From the human T2T-CHM13v2.0 reference genome, Homo sapiens, in NCBI RefSeq assembly GCF_009914755.1, contig NC_060930.1: 64,000 nt of DNA; one strand, written 5' to 3'. The notes under the pieces were generated by a model that was not told the DNA's origin, did not search any database, and worked only from the letters and a program-made list of their open reading frames with translations. How positions within the stretch are numbered: the first letter of the stretch is position 1; every line of letters begins with the position of its first letter. The position numbers were made by a program, and so were the translations under genes. Below are positions 16,201-32,098 of the stretch, in pieces.

Positions 16201-16584
16201 AGGAAATGGATTGCTGAGAAAAATCAAATATGCCAAAAATATGTTGGCAAGATAACACCTATGTGCCTACCACTCGCAGATAACTAAGTGTTAACATGCT
16301 GTCATATTTGCTTCGAAATGTTTTCTAAAGAAATGAAATGTGGCAAATAAAGTTGAGGTCCTCAGGATCCCTTACACAATCCTATCATCCCCTTCCCAGA
16401 TAGAATCCCAGAATATTCAGCAATTCCTATGCCCACCAGCAGGCTCTAAAAATGCTCTTGTCTCCACAATGGTGTCAACTGTTGTAAAATGTTTTAATTC
16501 TTTGAGTCCAATGGGCAAAAAAATAGTGTCTCACTTAATTTGCATTTTCTTGACTAACCAGAAGTTAATTATCTCTTCATATAA

Positions 16585-16918
<334 letters not shown>

Positions 16919-17878
16919 TCTTCTTATTTTATTTTGCTTATCACTTTATAGGATTTTTTTGCATATTTGGCAAATTGACAATTTTGCACAGTTTTATAAA
17001 ACATTTTCTCCCTGCCTAGCAGTTCCTATTTGGCATGTTCATGGTGTTTTTTTTTAATCAAACAAAAATATCCATTTTTTAGTGAAATCAAGTTGGTGAA
17101 TATTTTCCTTTAGGTCTTATAAGTCCTTTTCTTGCTTAAGGATGCCTCTCTCAACTGGTGTTTATACCTATATTCTCCTAACTTCTCAATATTTTCTGGT
17201 TTATTTTTTACATTCACTTATTTATATTTATGACAGACAAATTCTGTCAAATATTTTTTATATTCACTTATATTTATAGTATGACAGACAAATTCATATG
17301 ATACTAATCTAAACGGGCTCAAAGTGACGAATTTGAATGGTTTCCTTTCATAGCCAGTTTTCTAGTCAATCAAGTCAATAGTCAATTAAATACCTGAATT
17401 CTATGTTCTCTTCTTTCACTACATTTACTGCTACTGAGAGCACCAGCTACAGGCAAGCTGCCAGCTCATTCTAAGGTAAGTATTTTCCTAGGCTACACAT
17501 TATCTAGGCTAGAAAATAAAGTGAAGTGTTTCAGTTAGAAAGGCTTTCGCTTAAGGACCCTGCTGAGCTCAAGGCTTCATCTGGAAGCAAGAGTAAAGCA
17601 TGCTCATGTCAGCAATGGATTTAATTAAGTGAAGTAGATGATCCTATCAACAAGAACTAGAAAACAAGATTTCACAAAAAGAATTGAGAACTGTCACCGC
17701 CTCTAAGTATGGAAGATAGAGATTAGAGAGCTCAGAGAGATTTATGGCATCACTTTGATGTGGAAAGAAATTTGTACATACAGGGAGTTGCCAGTAATTC
17801 TTGAATTGGATGCTGGACGATATTAAGAACCATCCAGAGGGGCATGGCACCATCTGAGAAGAGCAATAAATTTTTTTA

Positions 17879-17880
<2 letters not shown>

Positions 17881-17910
<30 letters not shown>
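17881..17910. repeat. (GT)15 microsatellite
   Basis: Directly visible. Confidence 0.97.
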
Positions 17911-17912
<2 letters not shown>

Positions 17913-18479
17913 TATACATTTAAATCTATATGTCTGAAGTCCACTAGAGACCAGCAAAAATGAGCTGCAGACCAGAAACTGCAAGTCATTTCCCATGGTC
18001 TAAAACATTGTAAATAGTGATTGGGGATATTACATCTAACTCTGACCCACCTGGGTAATGGGTGGTGGGGATGGGATAACAATGCAGGTAAGCCTGATAC
18101 TTTTCACCACAATACGGGAGATAATACTGAAGACTGTGTCAACGTGACTGCAGTATTAAGGAAAAGCATACATCGGGCTGGCATGAAGCTAAGCCAAGAG
18201 ACAGTCTTTGCATTGCTTAGGAAGTACACTCCACCACTTATCAAAAGGAACCACCCAAATTCCATGGCAAAAACATAAAAATAGATCTCATTTCTCTGAT
18301 TTTGAGAAGTTATTTTTAAAAGTAAGCTAAAGCAAACCAATGTGCAGGAAATAAAGATATTAACCAGATGACTGCAGTTTTAAGGCACCAAAAATCAGCC
18401 CCCAAGCACTGATACAATCACAGTACAAGATGTTCTTTAAATAAAGAAATGTACTTAGATTTAAAGGAAGAGTACTCAC

Positions 18480-18633
18480 TGGAAACCTAACCACAGTAAC
18501 ATCTGTCTTTGTGGCCTCGACCAGGAAATCCATCCAAAAGTCCACAAGTTCTTGCTTGGCCACAGGCTGTTCTGTGGTCAGTTTCACAAAATGCTTATAT
18601 ATTAAAATTGTCTCTACAATAGACTTGAGGTAC
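18480..18633 (-). CDS. MAP3K5: MAP3K5 exon 10 (154 nt), YLKSIVETILIYKHFVKLTTEQPVAKQELVDFWMDF...VVRFP
   Basis: Acceptor ttccttctcag|GTA, donor CCA|gtgagt; phase 2 to 0. Confidence 0.97.
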
Positions 18634-18796
18634 CTGAGAAGGAAAAGATATAAAACATGTAACAGACAAATTTAGAACCACCTGTTCCCATGTATCCCAG
18701 TCTAATTCTGTAAATGTAATTTATACATGACATTAATAGTTATGCATTCAGATTCACCGTTATTCGTTATTTGTTGCATATCGTGTGTTTTCACAC

Positions 18797-19137
<341 letters not shown>

Positions 19138-20425
19138 TAACGTTGGTTATTTTATCCCTATTTTAGAGAGGAGGAAACAGGCTTAGAGGGCTTGGTAACT
19201 TGGACTAGGGCCATACATCTAGTTAAAACTTGAACTTTAAAATGTGTATATTCTATTCAAGGAAGCGGTTAATGCATTTGTTTTTAATTATGCTTCTTTG
19301 AGGAAGCTTTCCTAAATAGACACTTCATAAGAGATCATTATTTAGCTCTGAAGCAACTCAGCTTATATATTATACAAATACCCTCAAACCTAATAAGACA
19401 GATGGTGCCTCAAAAGAAAAAGTTAGGAAAAATGAGGAGTGGGATAATTATAGGTGATAATGGCTATGCAGGCGCTTTATGGACTATAAACATGGAAGTT
19501 AACATTCCATAAAAATTAAGTTAGTGGAACCTTAAGGCACTGTTTTGTGGCTGCGAGTACCATTGCATAGAATAGTGCCTGTTTTCTTGTTAAAAAACCA
19601 GGATGCCTAAAATACTGCCATCAGAATGGTCACTGTAAAGAAATAGCAAATGTGACTCAATATCATGCGTGCATCTATTGGTTCCTTTATTTCATATCAT
19701 TTGCTGAATGCCTACTGCTGCACACAGTGCTGTGGGGATAAATATCAAAAGGTATTATAACACCAAGAATAAATATCCATGGAGATATGACTAAACAGAG
19801 AGACAACTTAAAAAGCTATACACTCAGTATCAAGAGAAGCATAACTAAAGAATGACAGAAACACTAAAGAAGGGACTTGGGTGTGAGGAAGGGCTCTAGG
19901 TCAAGGTCGGCTTTGTGAGCTGGTGTGATGGATGAGTGTTCCTCGGAGAATGTGTGCATTCTGAGAGGCATGCTCAGCACGTGCTCAGACACTCATGCAT
20001 GAAACCAGCAGTGTGGTATGAAGAGACAGCAGTGTAAACCCAGGAGTGTGACAAGAGCCGAGGCTGGAATGGCTAAAGGCAAATCTTGTTTGCTAAGACA
20101 AAATGATGGACTTTATTCCTTAGGCTGTGAGGAACAATTAAACTATATTGATTTAAGGATTTCAGTGCAGGAGAAGTGTCAGGTGTGCACTTTTGAAAGA
20201 TCACTGTGATCTTTAGAAAGATCCCTGGGGAGGATTGGCTAAAGGAGACCTGAACATGAGGAAAATTCTTTAAACAGCCATGAGGGCCTAACATGGTGGT
20301 CTCTTCCTCACACGGTTTCTGTGATGAAAACAGCCGAGTCGGTGGCCTGGGCTCTGAGCGGCTCTGGAAACAGGCTTCCACTATATCATGGTTAGCCTTT
20401 TAAAATCTTTATAGCTAATGGTTAA

Positions 20426-20788
<363 letters not shown>

Positions 20789-21391
20789 AACACTGTTTTT
20801 CAATATGGTCCTGAATGCAGATGGAATTTTGTTTCCACCTCTCCAATTACCACAAAAATAATGATGAGATTTGGGTGCACTCCAAGAACAATTTCAAATT
20901 AGAAAAACACACAAATATAAGAAACACTCAAATGTGTCATCAGTCAAATCCTAAGTAAGAAGAAAACAAAATCAAGAATGAGAATTCCAAAACTGAGATT
21001 AGATCACAGAGGAAACAAAGGGCATATGTTTGGAGTAGAGGTCTAACAGCTGCAATGGAAATGTGGTCTCAGGCCCCGAACATAAGTTATATTTGCAGGT
21101 GCAAAATGCATGGCCTCTGCATGATTCACATGGGTGACACTGGCCAATCTGGGCCAGTGGGTTGGTCAATGTGCAGGAGAGGCTAAGTCAGGAACCTGCT
21201 GACATCACCTATGTCCAAAGTCATCAGAATTGATGTGTAACACGTTTTATGAATATCACAATTTTCCTCTATATTCTGCATTTTATTTTATAAGCAAATA
21301 AAATCATCTAATTGTCAGTTCAATAAATATAATATGGGAACAATATGGAGCTGTTTATTAATTGTATCAACATATAATAGCTAATTATTAC

Positions 21392-21551
21392 CATGCTGGT
21401 GTCTTCAGTTTAAAAAGCTTTTCAGATGCTTGAATGACTCTCATGTGGTCATTGGCTAGGACGCTGGCCCCCAGAAAAAATCCAACTTCCCAGTAGCTCT
21501 GGAGTTTTTCCAAGTTTCCCTTTTTACCAAGAAGACTACTTAGCTTCACCC
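21392..21551 (-). CDS. MAP3K5: MAP3K5 exon 9 (160 nt), VKLSSLLGKKGNLEKLQSYWEVGFF...KLKTPAW
   Basis: Acceptor gtattctag|GGG, donor ATG|gtaata; phase 1 to 2. Confidence 0.97.
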
Positions 21552-21714
21552 CTAGAATACAAACAGGAAGTAGAATGTTACAAATGCACCCCACACAGGT
21601 AGAACCAGGTTTTCACTAAAAAGTAAAATTAAGCTTTCATTCCTCTTTTCAGATTAAAACAGCTTTGTTAAGTTTCTGATTATTAAGGTGGCTTCAGTTC
21701 ACTGTAAAAATAAG

Positions 21715-22065
21715 TCATAAAAAGGAATGGAACACTGATACATACCATAGATGAACTTGGAAAACATGCTAAATTAAATAAGCCAGACCCAAAAAGACAA
21801 AGGTTGAGTGATTCCACTTACAAGAGGTACCTGTAACAGTCAAATTCCTAAACGTGGAAAGCAGAATAGAGGTTACTAGGGACTGGGGGAAGAAGGGAAT
21901 GAGGACTGATAGTTTAACGTGTACAGAGTTTTAATTTGGAAGATAAAAAAGTTCGGGAGGTGAATAGTGGTGTTGGCTGCGTAACAGTGCGAATGTTCTT
22001 AATGCCACTGAAGCGTGCACTTCAAATGGAAATTTTTGTTACGTACATTTTATCACAATAAAAAC
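21715..22065 (+). mobile_element. L1M (L1MB-like) 3' UTR fragment
   Basis: gattccactta...gaggtacct...tagtggtgttggctgc...aatgccactgaa...cacaataaaaa. Confidence 0.75.
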
Positions 22066-22444
22066 TTTGGTAAAAAAACAATAGTAAGTCAGACTAACCA
22101 GAAAGGTACACAGAAGAAAGTGAAAATTAACCTTTAATTTGAAAACCCAAGGATAACTGCTATGGTCACTTTAATGTACATAAATCTACAATTTTTATAT
22201 ATGTCAGTATATGCATAAATTAAAAGGTCATAATACAAACATTGTTATGTAACCTTCTTCTTTGTCTTTTTACAACATGGATTCTTAAATAACTTAAAAG
22301 GAAAATCTTACCTTTTTTACGCTGAAATTCTATCAGTTGAAGTATAAATGCATACAGTATATATATTTCGCAAGAATAAAATGCTATAATAACTTTAGAC
22401 ACAAAAATTATACACTTAAAACATTAAAGAAATAAGGAAATATG

Positions 22445-22607
22445 CCTGACACGGTGGCTCACACCTGTAACCCCAGCACTTCGGAGGGCCGAGGTGGGAG
22501 GATTGCTTGAACTCAGAAGTACTAGACTGGCCTGGGCAACATAGCAAGATTCTGTCTCATGAAAAAAAATTTAAAATCTAAAAAAAAGAAAAAACAGAAA
22601 AAAAAAG
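22445..22607 (+). mobile_element. Alu monomer (FLAM-like)
   Basis: Single left arm followed by an A-rich tail. Confidence 0.85.
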
Positions 22608-23566
22608 GAACTAGACTGACAGATAATACTGTCTTGTTATGTCACTGTCTTAAAAGTCCTGAAATCCGGTAATGTAGATACTCCAACTTTGTTCTTTTTC
22701 AACACTGTTTTGGCACTTCTATGTTCTTAATGTTTCATTATATATTTTCAATTCTACTATGTCTTGTATTATTTTTGCATTTTATAAGTATTTGTTTGCT
22801 TAAAAAAATATATCCTTGTAGCATTGTTTGGTGCCACTAACATCCATCACATTAAATTGTTGGGAAAATTATCTGAGATTTAGAAATAAGGCAAAAAGGT
22901 AGGATATATCATTTCAATATCATATGGGAAGATAAGGCCACTCAAGGACTATCTCAGGAAAGTGACGCTAGTTCATCTCATTATGTACTACTTATTAAAG
23001 GTCCCAGACTTACAGAAGTTTACTTGTTAACTTGCAGATTTTTGTCCAGTAGAGATGCAAATTTCTGTAGAGTGGAATGGATAAATCCCTAAGATTTATG
23101 GCCTGTGGACACAAAACAGCTTTTTTTTTTTTCCTTAATCAAACTCAGATATCTTATCTTAACATTTCTTTGTTGTCTATGAATAGAAATGTTTTTTGAA
23201 CTGGACATTCCATCTTACTAGTTTCCATATTAGTTGAGTTAAATAAAATATTTTCTATGTGTCTATTTTATATTTGCTGAGGGTCATGATTTTATATGTG
23301 TCCATTTTATATTTGATGAGAGTCATGATTTTAGCTTTTTGAAAATTATCTGTGAAAGAAACAAAATAACATTTAAAATTTTTCATGTTACTTTTTATCG
23401 TATAATTCCACTCAAACCACAAGTATTTCAGGAAAATGTCCATTTGGGAATTCTTCACATTTTGTGAGGGTAAAGAGAGAACAGCTTTGCCACTGCTGTT
23501 TCACGAGATGAAAAAAAAATATTACACACGCATAGGACAACATCCACGGTCTTCTATCTGGATATA

Positions 23567-24013
23567 ATTTTGTTGTTGTTGTTTTTGAGACAAGGTCTCA
23601 CTCTGTCGCCCAGGCTGGAGTGCAGTGGCACGATCACTGCTCAATGCAGCCTTGAATTTCTGGGCTCAAGTGATCCTTCCACCTCAGCCTCCCAGGTAGC
23701 TGGGAGTACAGGCATGAGCCACCACACCTAGCTAAATTTTGTTTTTTTTTCCTGGAAAAACAAGGTTTCGCCATGTTGCCCAGCCGAACTCCTGGGCTCA
23801 AGTGATCCTCCTGCCTTAGACCTGCTAGCTGAGATAACAGATGCTACCACAACTGGCTAATTAAATTTCTTTGTAGTTTCTACTTTTTATTTTTTTGTAG
23901 AGACGGTCTCATTCTGTGGGCCAGGCTCATCTCGAACTCCTGGGCTCAAGCAGTCCTCTCGCCTTGGCCTCCCAAAGTTCTGGGATTACAGGCATGAACC
24001 ACCATACCTGACC
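23567..24013 (-). mobile_element. AluJ with an extra arm (three monomers)
   Basis: One right arm and two left-arm-like segments in tandem. Confidence 0.85.
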
Positions 24014-24666
24014 CAATAATAGTTTTAAAATAAAATTTCAGATGCACTCTTGAACCTCAGAAGTTCATTTTGTGGTGGTGATATTTGGTTTTGGCCTTGC
24101 CATACATTTATCACATGATTGTGACACCCAGCCAGCATTTGGATAAAATGTATATTTTTGATGTCAATTAGTATTTTAGCATATGGATGTATCATAATTT
24201 ATTTACCCAAATGCAGATGGGTGGCCATTTTTATTACTCTAAACATTCTTGTACACACAGCTTTGTGTATTTGCTCAATTATTTCTTTATAATACAGTTC
24301 TAAACGTGGATTTGTTAGGGACAGAAGACATGCCCATTTTTAGTGTTGATGCATTTTTGCCAAATTGCCCTTAGAAAATGCTGTACCAATTTATACTTTC
24401 ACTGGAGGCATCTGACAATAAGGTCTTACCCACACCCTTCCCAGTGAGGGGGACTATCACGTGCATTCATCTTTACCAATATGACAGAGGAAAAAAAGGA
24501 ACATTGTCTTTTTTAACCGCTGAGATTGGCTCTCTTTTCATGTTTGTATTTCTTTTGTGAATGAGCATTTATGCTCTTTGCACAAACTTGTTTCTACATG
24601 AAGACATTAATCTTTTAAGTATGGAGTTAAGAACATGGCTCTAATTTTTTATATTTAGAAGTCCGT

Positions 24667-24764
24667 TCTCTCTGTCTCTTCCTTTCTCTCTCTCCCTCTC
24701 TCTCTTCCTTTCTCTCCCTCTCTCTCTTCCTTTCTCTCTCTCTCTTCCTCTCTCTTTCTCTCTC
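24667..24764. repeat. CT-rich low-complexity tract
   Basis: ctctctcttcctttctctc-type units. Confidence 0.9.
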
Positions 24765-25646
24765 ACACCCACACAGAATATAGAAATAAACATCTTAGTG
24801 CATCAAATTTGTTTTGTATTTAGGATTTTTTCCATAGGATAGAATTTCAGGAGTACTGTTATACTTGGTTCCAGACTAAAATATTTTTAGGCTCTTCATC
24901 CATACAGAAAAATTAATAAAGCACAATTCGTGATGTTCAGTTGTACCTTTTTAACCAAGTCCTTCCAGATCAATATTTTTCTCTATTTAAAAATATTTTG
25001 GTTGAATTTTTAAGCAATGAGCAGTATGTCATTGCTGTGTTAACAACCACTTCACCATTTATTTGATTCAGTTGCATATTTATGCAATTTAAATGCTGAC
25101 AATGCTGTCATTAAAATTGGTTGACTTACACTGAGGATTTTTTAATCATTTACTTTTTGTCATAGTCTTATCACCTTGCAGCTGTTATTATGTTCAAGGC
25201 TGTTTTAGTGGAAAATGGCAGACTTTACTGAATACTCAGATGCCTAGCACTGTGTGTACTGAAAATGTTAACTCTCTCAATCCATACACCACCACGATGA
25301 GTTAGAGATTATCTCCCTTTTGTAGTAAGGAAAAATAAAGCCCAGAGAGGTATTGCAACATGTCTAAAGCCATACACCTTATAAGTGGTGGAGGTTAGAT
25401 CCTTTTTAATTTTCCATCATGAAGAATCTCAAACATACATCAAAATAAAACTACAATGAATGACCATATTTTCAACAATCGTTAACATTTTGCTATTGCT
25501 TCATCTCCCTGAATATTTCTGCTGAACCATTTCAAATTAAATTACAGACATCATGACATTCCGCTCTGAAATATTACAGCATATACCTAAAATATCTTCC
25601 TATATATTCTATTCCATTATTGCACCTAACAAAAACAATTCACTGA

Positions 25647-26084
<438 letters not shown>

Positions 26085-26167
26085 TCAATCTCTTTTAATC
26101 TAATCAATCCCTCTACACATTTTTTTTATGACCCTGACTTTTCGAAAAGACAAGGAGTGCCATGGTG

Positions 26168-26690
26168 CAGGGTCCTCAATCCCAGGGCCATGGACAGTTA
26201 CTGGTCTGTGACCTGTTAGGAATGGGGCCACACACGGGAGGTGAGTAGCAGGCAAGTGAGCAAAAAGCTTCTTCATCTGTATTTACAGCCATTCCCCATT
26301 GCTCTTATTACTGCCTGAGCTCTGCCTCCTGTCAGATCAGCAACAGCATTAGATTCTCATAGGAGCGTGAACACTATTGTGAACTGCGCGTGCAAGGGAT
26401 GTAGGTTGTGCGCTCCTTATGAGAACCTAATGCCTGATGATCTGTCACTGTCTCCCATCCCCCCAGATGGGACCATCTAGTTGCAGGGAAACAAGCTCAG
26501 GGCTCCCACTGATTCTACATTATGGAGAGTTGTATAATTATTTCATTATATATTACAATGCAATAGAAATAAAGTGCACAATAAATGTAATGTGCCTGAA
26601 TCATCCCTGAACCACCCCCCACCCCTGGTCCATGGAAAAATTGTCTTCCACAAAACCAGTCCCTATTGCTAAAAAGGTTGGGGACTGCTG
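26168..26690 (+). mobile_element. MER1A hAT-Charlie DNA transposon, near full length (about 520 bp)
   Basis: cagggtcctcaa...gcattagattctcataggagcgtgaac...aaaaaggttggggactgctg. Confidence 0.9.
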
Positions 26691-26848
26691 CTCTAGTGTG
26701 CTCACCTTCTGATCTGTCTGATGTAACTTCTTGGGATTATTTGACTTATTTCTCTAGAGCTTGTGATTCCTATTAAGAGAACTTTAGATCTTAAGATTCA
26801 AGTTAAACATTTTTGGTGACAATATTTCACAAGAGTTGCTGTACACTC

Positions 26849-27134
<286 letters not shown>

Positions 27135-27295
27135 AAGAGCTGCTGTACACTTCACAGTTATCATAATAAAGTCCTAAGGGCACATGTCTCGCCACCCTAT
27201 TATTAGTGATACAAGGATGGATCACTGACAGCTGGGTCTTCCCATTCTACAGGTACATTTGTTCCTTTGTGACTAACAAGTTATCTATGAGTTAG

Positions 27296-27847
<552 letters not shown>

Positions 27848-29611
27848 TGAACTACAGTATCTCTGAAAGAGGAAGGAAAAGTACTTACTTCTTTCCTTAT
27901 AACTTCTAATTTTCGGAAAAGTTGGTCACTTCCATAGGTGACAAAGGAGTTTTTCAGTGGTTGGTGATAGATTTTGTTCTGATGACTTTTCCTTGATTAT
28001 CTCTATTGATTCATGGATTTTTATGTACAGTAATATATATTTTCTATTCAATATTTTTTAATGCTCACTGAAAATGATATTTAAATAGTGGTTGTCTAAG
28101 TTCCAAACATAGTGTTCTTTTACTGTATCATCATTACTGTTGGAGACTCAAACCTCTAAGTCTGACTCTCACCCATAAAATGTCTCACAATTGGAAAATT
28201 CCACAGAAGATGGAAGCATCATCTTGTTATTTAGCTAAAGTTTGAATATTATTTTTAAGGCTTGCAAAGGTGAAAACAGGAAGAAGATGTAGGATATGGC
28301 TCTGTGTTTTTAAATCCTAGCTCTAAATAGCCTAAGCATCAGTGATTCTTCAAAAACTGGAAAAGTAAAACACAGATCCATGAAGCAATTAGTCATAACC
28401 GCAAACAAACACACAACTAGAATTAAGAGTCTTTGGGCAACACAGCATGACAGTTAAGAATCATTTCTTACATTTGAGATCTTAAGATAATACATTTAGG
28501 GAGCTTCAGATTGAGTGCTCATCTTAATTGTTTACCCTTTATAAATAAATCAAAATTTCAAAAAGCATCTTAAAGAAGGGACTTCATAAGTAAATGTCTG
28601 GTTATTATAAGAACTCGGTAATTCGGAATAATTTGTATGTTTGCAGAGGCCAACAGGAGGAATGGGAGGTATAAATTACTGGAAAAGCTGATTGGAGCAT
28701 TTAAAGAAAGAATGAAACTAGGTGTATCTTTAAAATATGCCAAGTATATTGTCTCATTTTTATTATATACTATCAATTAACATCATTATTATATTAAACT
28801 ATTAATTTATTTAACCAACTTGTCTTTCCTCGAAAATCCATTTAATCCTCTTACCATATAAAAATTAACTTTAGATCAATCTATGTTGATTAGCATAATT
28901 TACAATTGAATAGAATCTAAGTTAGTGAGTTTTAACTATGTTTTCATTATTGAAGGACAATACAATTTAGAATGCATATCACAGTATTTTAGAAGCCTAA
29001 AACAGTTCTCATGATAGCTAAAAATTCACTGATAAGCCATATTTTAAGTCTGTATATGTTATGCAATTTCTAAAATTTTAAACTAACTTTGTATGTTTTC
29101 AAATGTTTGTTTAACATGTATTACAAGTGAGTTCTTCCTGAAAAAAATTAACATGTTTCTTTTACATATTAATCACATTTCCTCAAACCTCAGAGTTCTG
29201 ACCATCTTAATAAGTATTTACCTTCAAAATGAGATTTAGAATAAGTACATTTTCAAACCATTGTCATTGCTTTGCCTACATATGCAAATCACTGTCAATT
29301 CCTGCAACAATTTAGAGGCTTCAACAAAACCTCACCTTGAGTTAAGAACAGAACAATAAATATATGACTGTATCAAAATAGAACATATATACTGAAAAAT
29401 ATATATCTATTGCATATCAATAAAAACAATGAAAAAAGCAACAAAGGAGCAATAAAAATATTTTTAGAACACTGATATAGGGATTTTGGCTAGTATAGAG
29501 TTTTTAATTTAGTCTTAGACACAAAATTTTATTATAATCATAATTTCTGAACAGCACAAATTGCAATGTACCTTCTCCGATTTCACTGAACCAATCAAAA
29601 GAATTATTTCA

Positions 29612-30033
<422 letters not shown>

Positions 30034-30274
30034 ATTATTTCAAACAGACCTTTATGCCTTTAATACCCCTGCTATCCCACAGTAATAAATACTTTATCAT
30101 TCTTTTAGTCTGGGCATTTAAAAAAATAAACAAATAAATATTCTGACTTTATTTAGCTTCAGAGATTCTCCAGAACATTACATAAAGATACAAGCTCTTC
30201 CAAAATAATGTCTTTTTTTTAAAGTCTAGGATTCATTTCTCTTTAAGAAAAGTAACAAGAAATTCGCCAAAGTG

Positions 30275-30564
30275 GGCCCGGTGCGGTGGCTCACACCTGT
30301 AATACCAGTACTTTGGGAGGCTGTGGCAGAACTGCTTGAAGCCAGGAGTTCAAGACCAGCCTGGGCAACATAGTGTGGCCACGTCTTTATAAAAAAAAAT
30401 TTTTTTAATTAGTCAGCTGTGGTGGTGCACGCCTACAGTCCCAGCTTCTTAGGAGGCCAAAGTGGGAGGATCACTTGAGCTTAAGAATTCAAGGCTGCAG
30501 TGAGCTATGATCGCACCACTGCACCCTTGCCTGAGTGACAGAGTGAAACCTGGTTTCCAAAAAA
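30275..30564 (+). mobile_element. AluJ
   Basis: Full dimer, J-type ttcaaggctgcagtgagctatgatc. Confidence 0.92.
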
Positions 30565-31456
30565 ATTTTTCTTTTATTTTGAAGAAAAAGTTTCTTCTAC
30601 AATTCATAGCTTCACTAAGATGAACGTGTTATTTTTTCCCTATGAAAAACAAGGCTGAATATTTCTATGTCTGTAGTAATTCCTAAAAGAGTTGGAAAGA
30701 TTCTCTGAAAGGAGGTCGTTAGACACCCAACGGAGCAAAATATGATTCCCATAGACAGGATTCCAGTATCTAGAATCTTTAAAAAATGTGATCAAAGCCA
30801 AAACCAAGAAAATCACTTGAAATTTGTTCACTAAGATGCCCTAACTTCTTTAAATTCCCAGGGAAAGGCAGCAGATGAGATAATGTCTACAGATAAAAGG
30901 GACAAAAGCACATTCTGTCGATGGCTATGATTCAGAGATGGTCTGAGGAGCCTACTTCCTACCAAGACCACCATTTGCTTAACCTGTTGCTCCTGGGGCT
31001 TTGGGAGGCTCTTCCCCCAACACCGGTGAAATCATAGGGAAAGGTGTGCTTGAGAAACAGATAAAGGAAACAGCAGAGGTTTTTGAAAAAAAAGCACCAC
31101 AAAAGCGCAATCTAAAATAGGAAATATTCCTGATGTCTCACAAAACAGTAACCTTATTTAGGAGTTGGGGGTTGAATGCAGAACCCATATCCTCAATATT
31201 AGTTTGAGCTGGAATATTAACCAGGGGGACTTTTAGAAACAGGTAAGATAAATTAAAAACTGAATTATGTCCTAATATCAGGATTCTGTACAACAGTATG
31301 AAACACCAAACAAGGAGATATAATAAGTTTCTTTTTTCTCTTTGGGAAGTATGAAAAGACAGAAAGCAAAAGATTTATCTATTCATGATTCTTTTTCTTT
31401 GCACCAAGTTGGGTCCAGTTTCTTGATTTCCATGTAAAATATCAAGTTGTAATTAC

Positions 31457-31569
31457 CAACTTTCCGGAGCTCAAAGGAAGATTCAAACTGGTGTCCAGCT
31501 GCCAGGAGGAGGACCGCATAATTAATTCCTGACTGTAGTGTTGGCTCAGATTCAAATGCCTTTTTGAAC
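31457..31569 (-). CDS. MAP3K5: MAP3K5 exon 8 (113 nt), FKKAFESEPTLQSGINYAVLLLAAGHQFESSFELRKVG
   Basis: Acceptor tttttatag|GTT, donor TTG|gtaatt; phase 2 to 1. Confidence 0.97.
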
Positions 31570-32055
31570 CTATAAAAAACCACAAATGTACAAGTTAACT
31601 TTCTCAATCATGAAACCCTGGGTGTGTAATAGCTTCTGTTTGTATAACTCCAATGCCTGAGCAAGTAAAAATATTGCACTGGCCTTCACCCCAGAATCTG
31701 GTGTGCTATTAGGACTTAACGCTTCAGAAACTGCTTATCTTTGTCCACAGCTCTGTTGCTTTCCCCCGCTTAGCTCACCCTCAACCTACCTAGTAACCCT
31801 AGTCTTTAAAAAAATCCTCTCTTCAACCATCTACCAGAAATATGTGAATGTGAAAATTTAGTTACAAGGGCATTTGTTACAAGATGAAAAATTACTCTAA
31901 ATATCCAATAATATTATACAGTATGATATGGAATAACATATATTCCAAATGTTAGAAAGCTATGTAGTCATTTATGTTGTAGAAGCATGTTAAAAGTCAG
32001 AAGAAAACTAGTGTTTCCAAGTAAAATGTAGTCGTCTACTTGGAAGCCATCATTC

Positions 32056-32058
<3 letters not shown>

Positions 32059-32096
<38 letters not shown>
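32059..32096. repeat. (GT)19 microsatellite
   Basis: Directly visible. Confidence 0.97.

Positions 32097-32098
<2 letters not shown>

Noticed and set aside
18123-18158. 8-bp inverted repeat TAATACTG...CAGTATTA resembling a miR-200 seed hairpin
   Set aside because: Stem too short for a pre-miRNA; expected by chance
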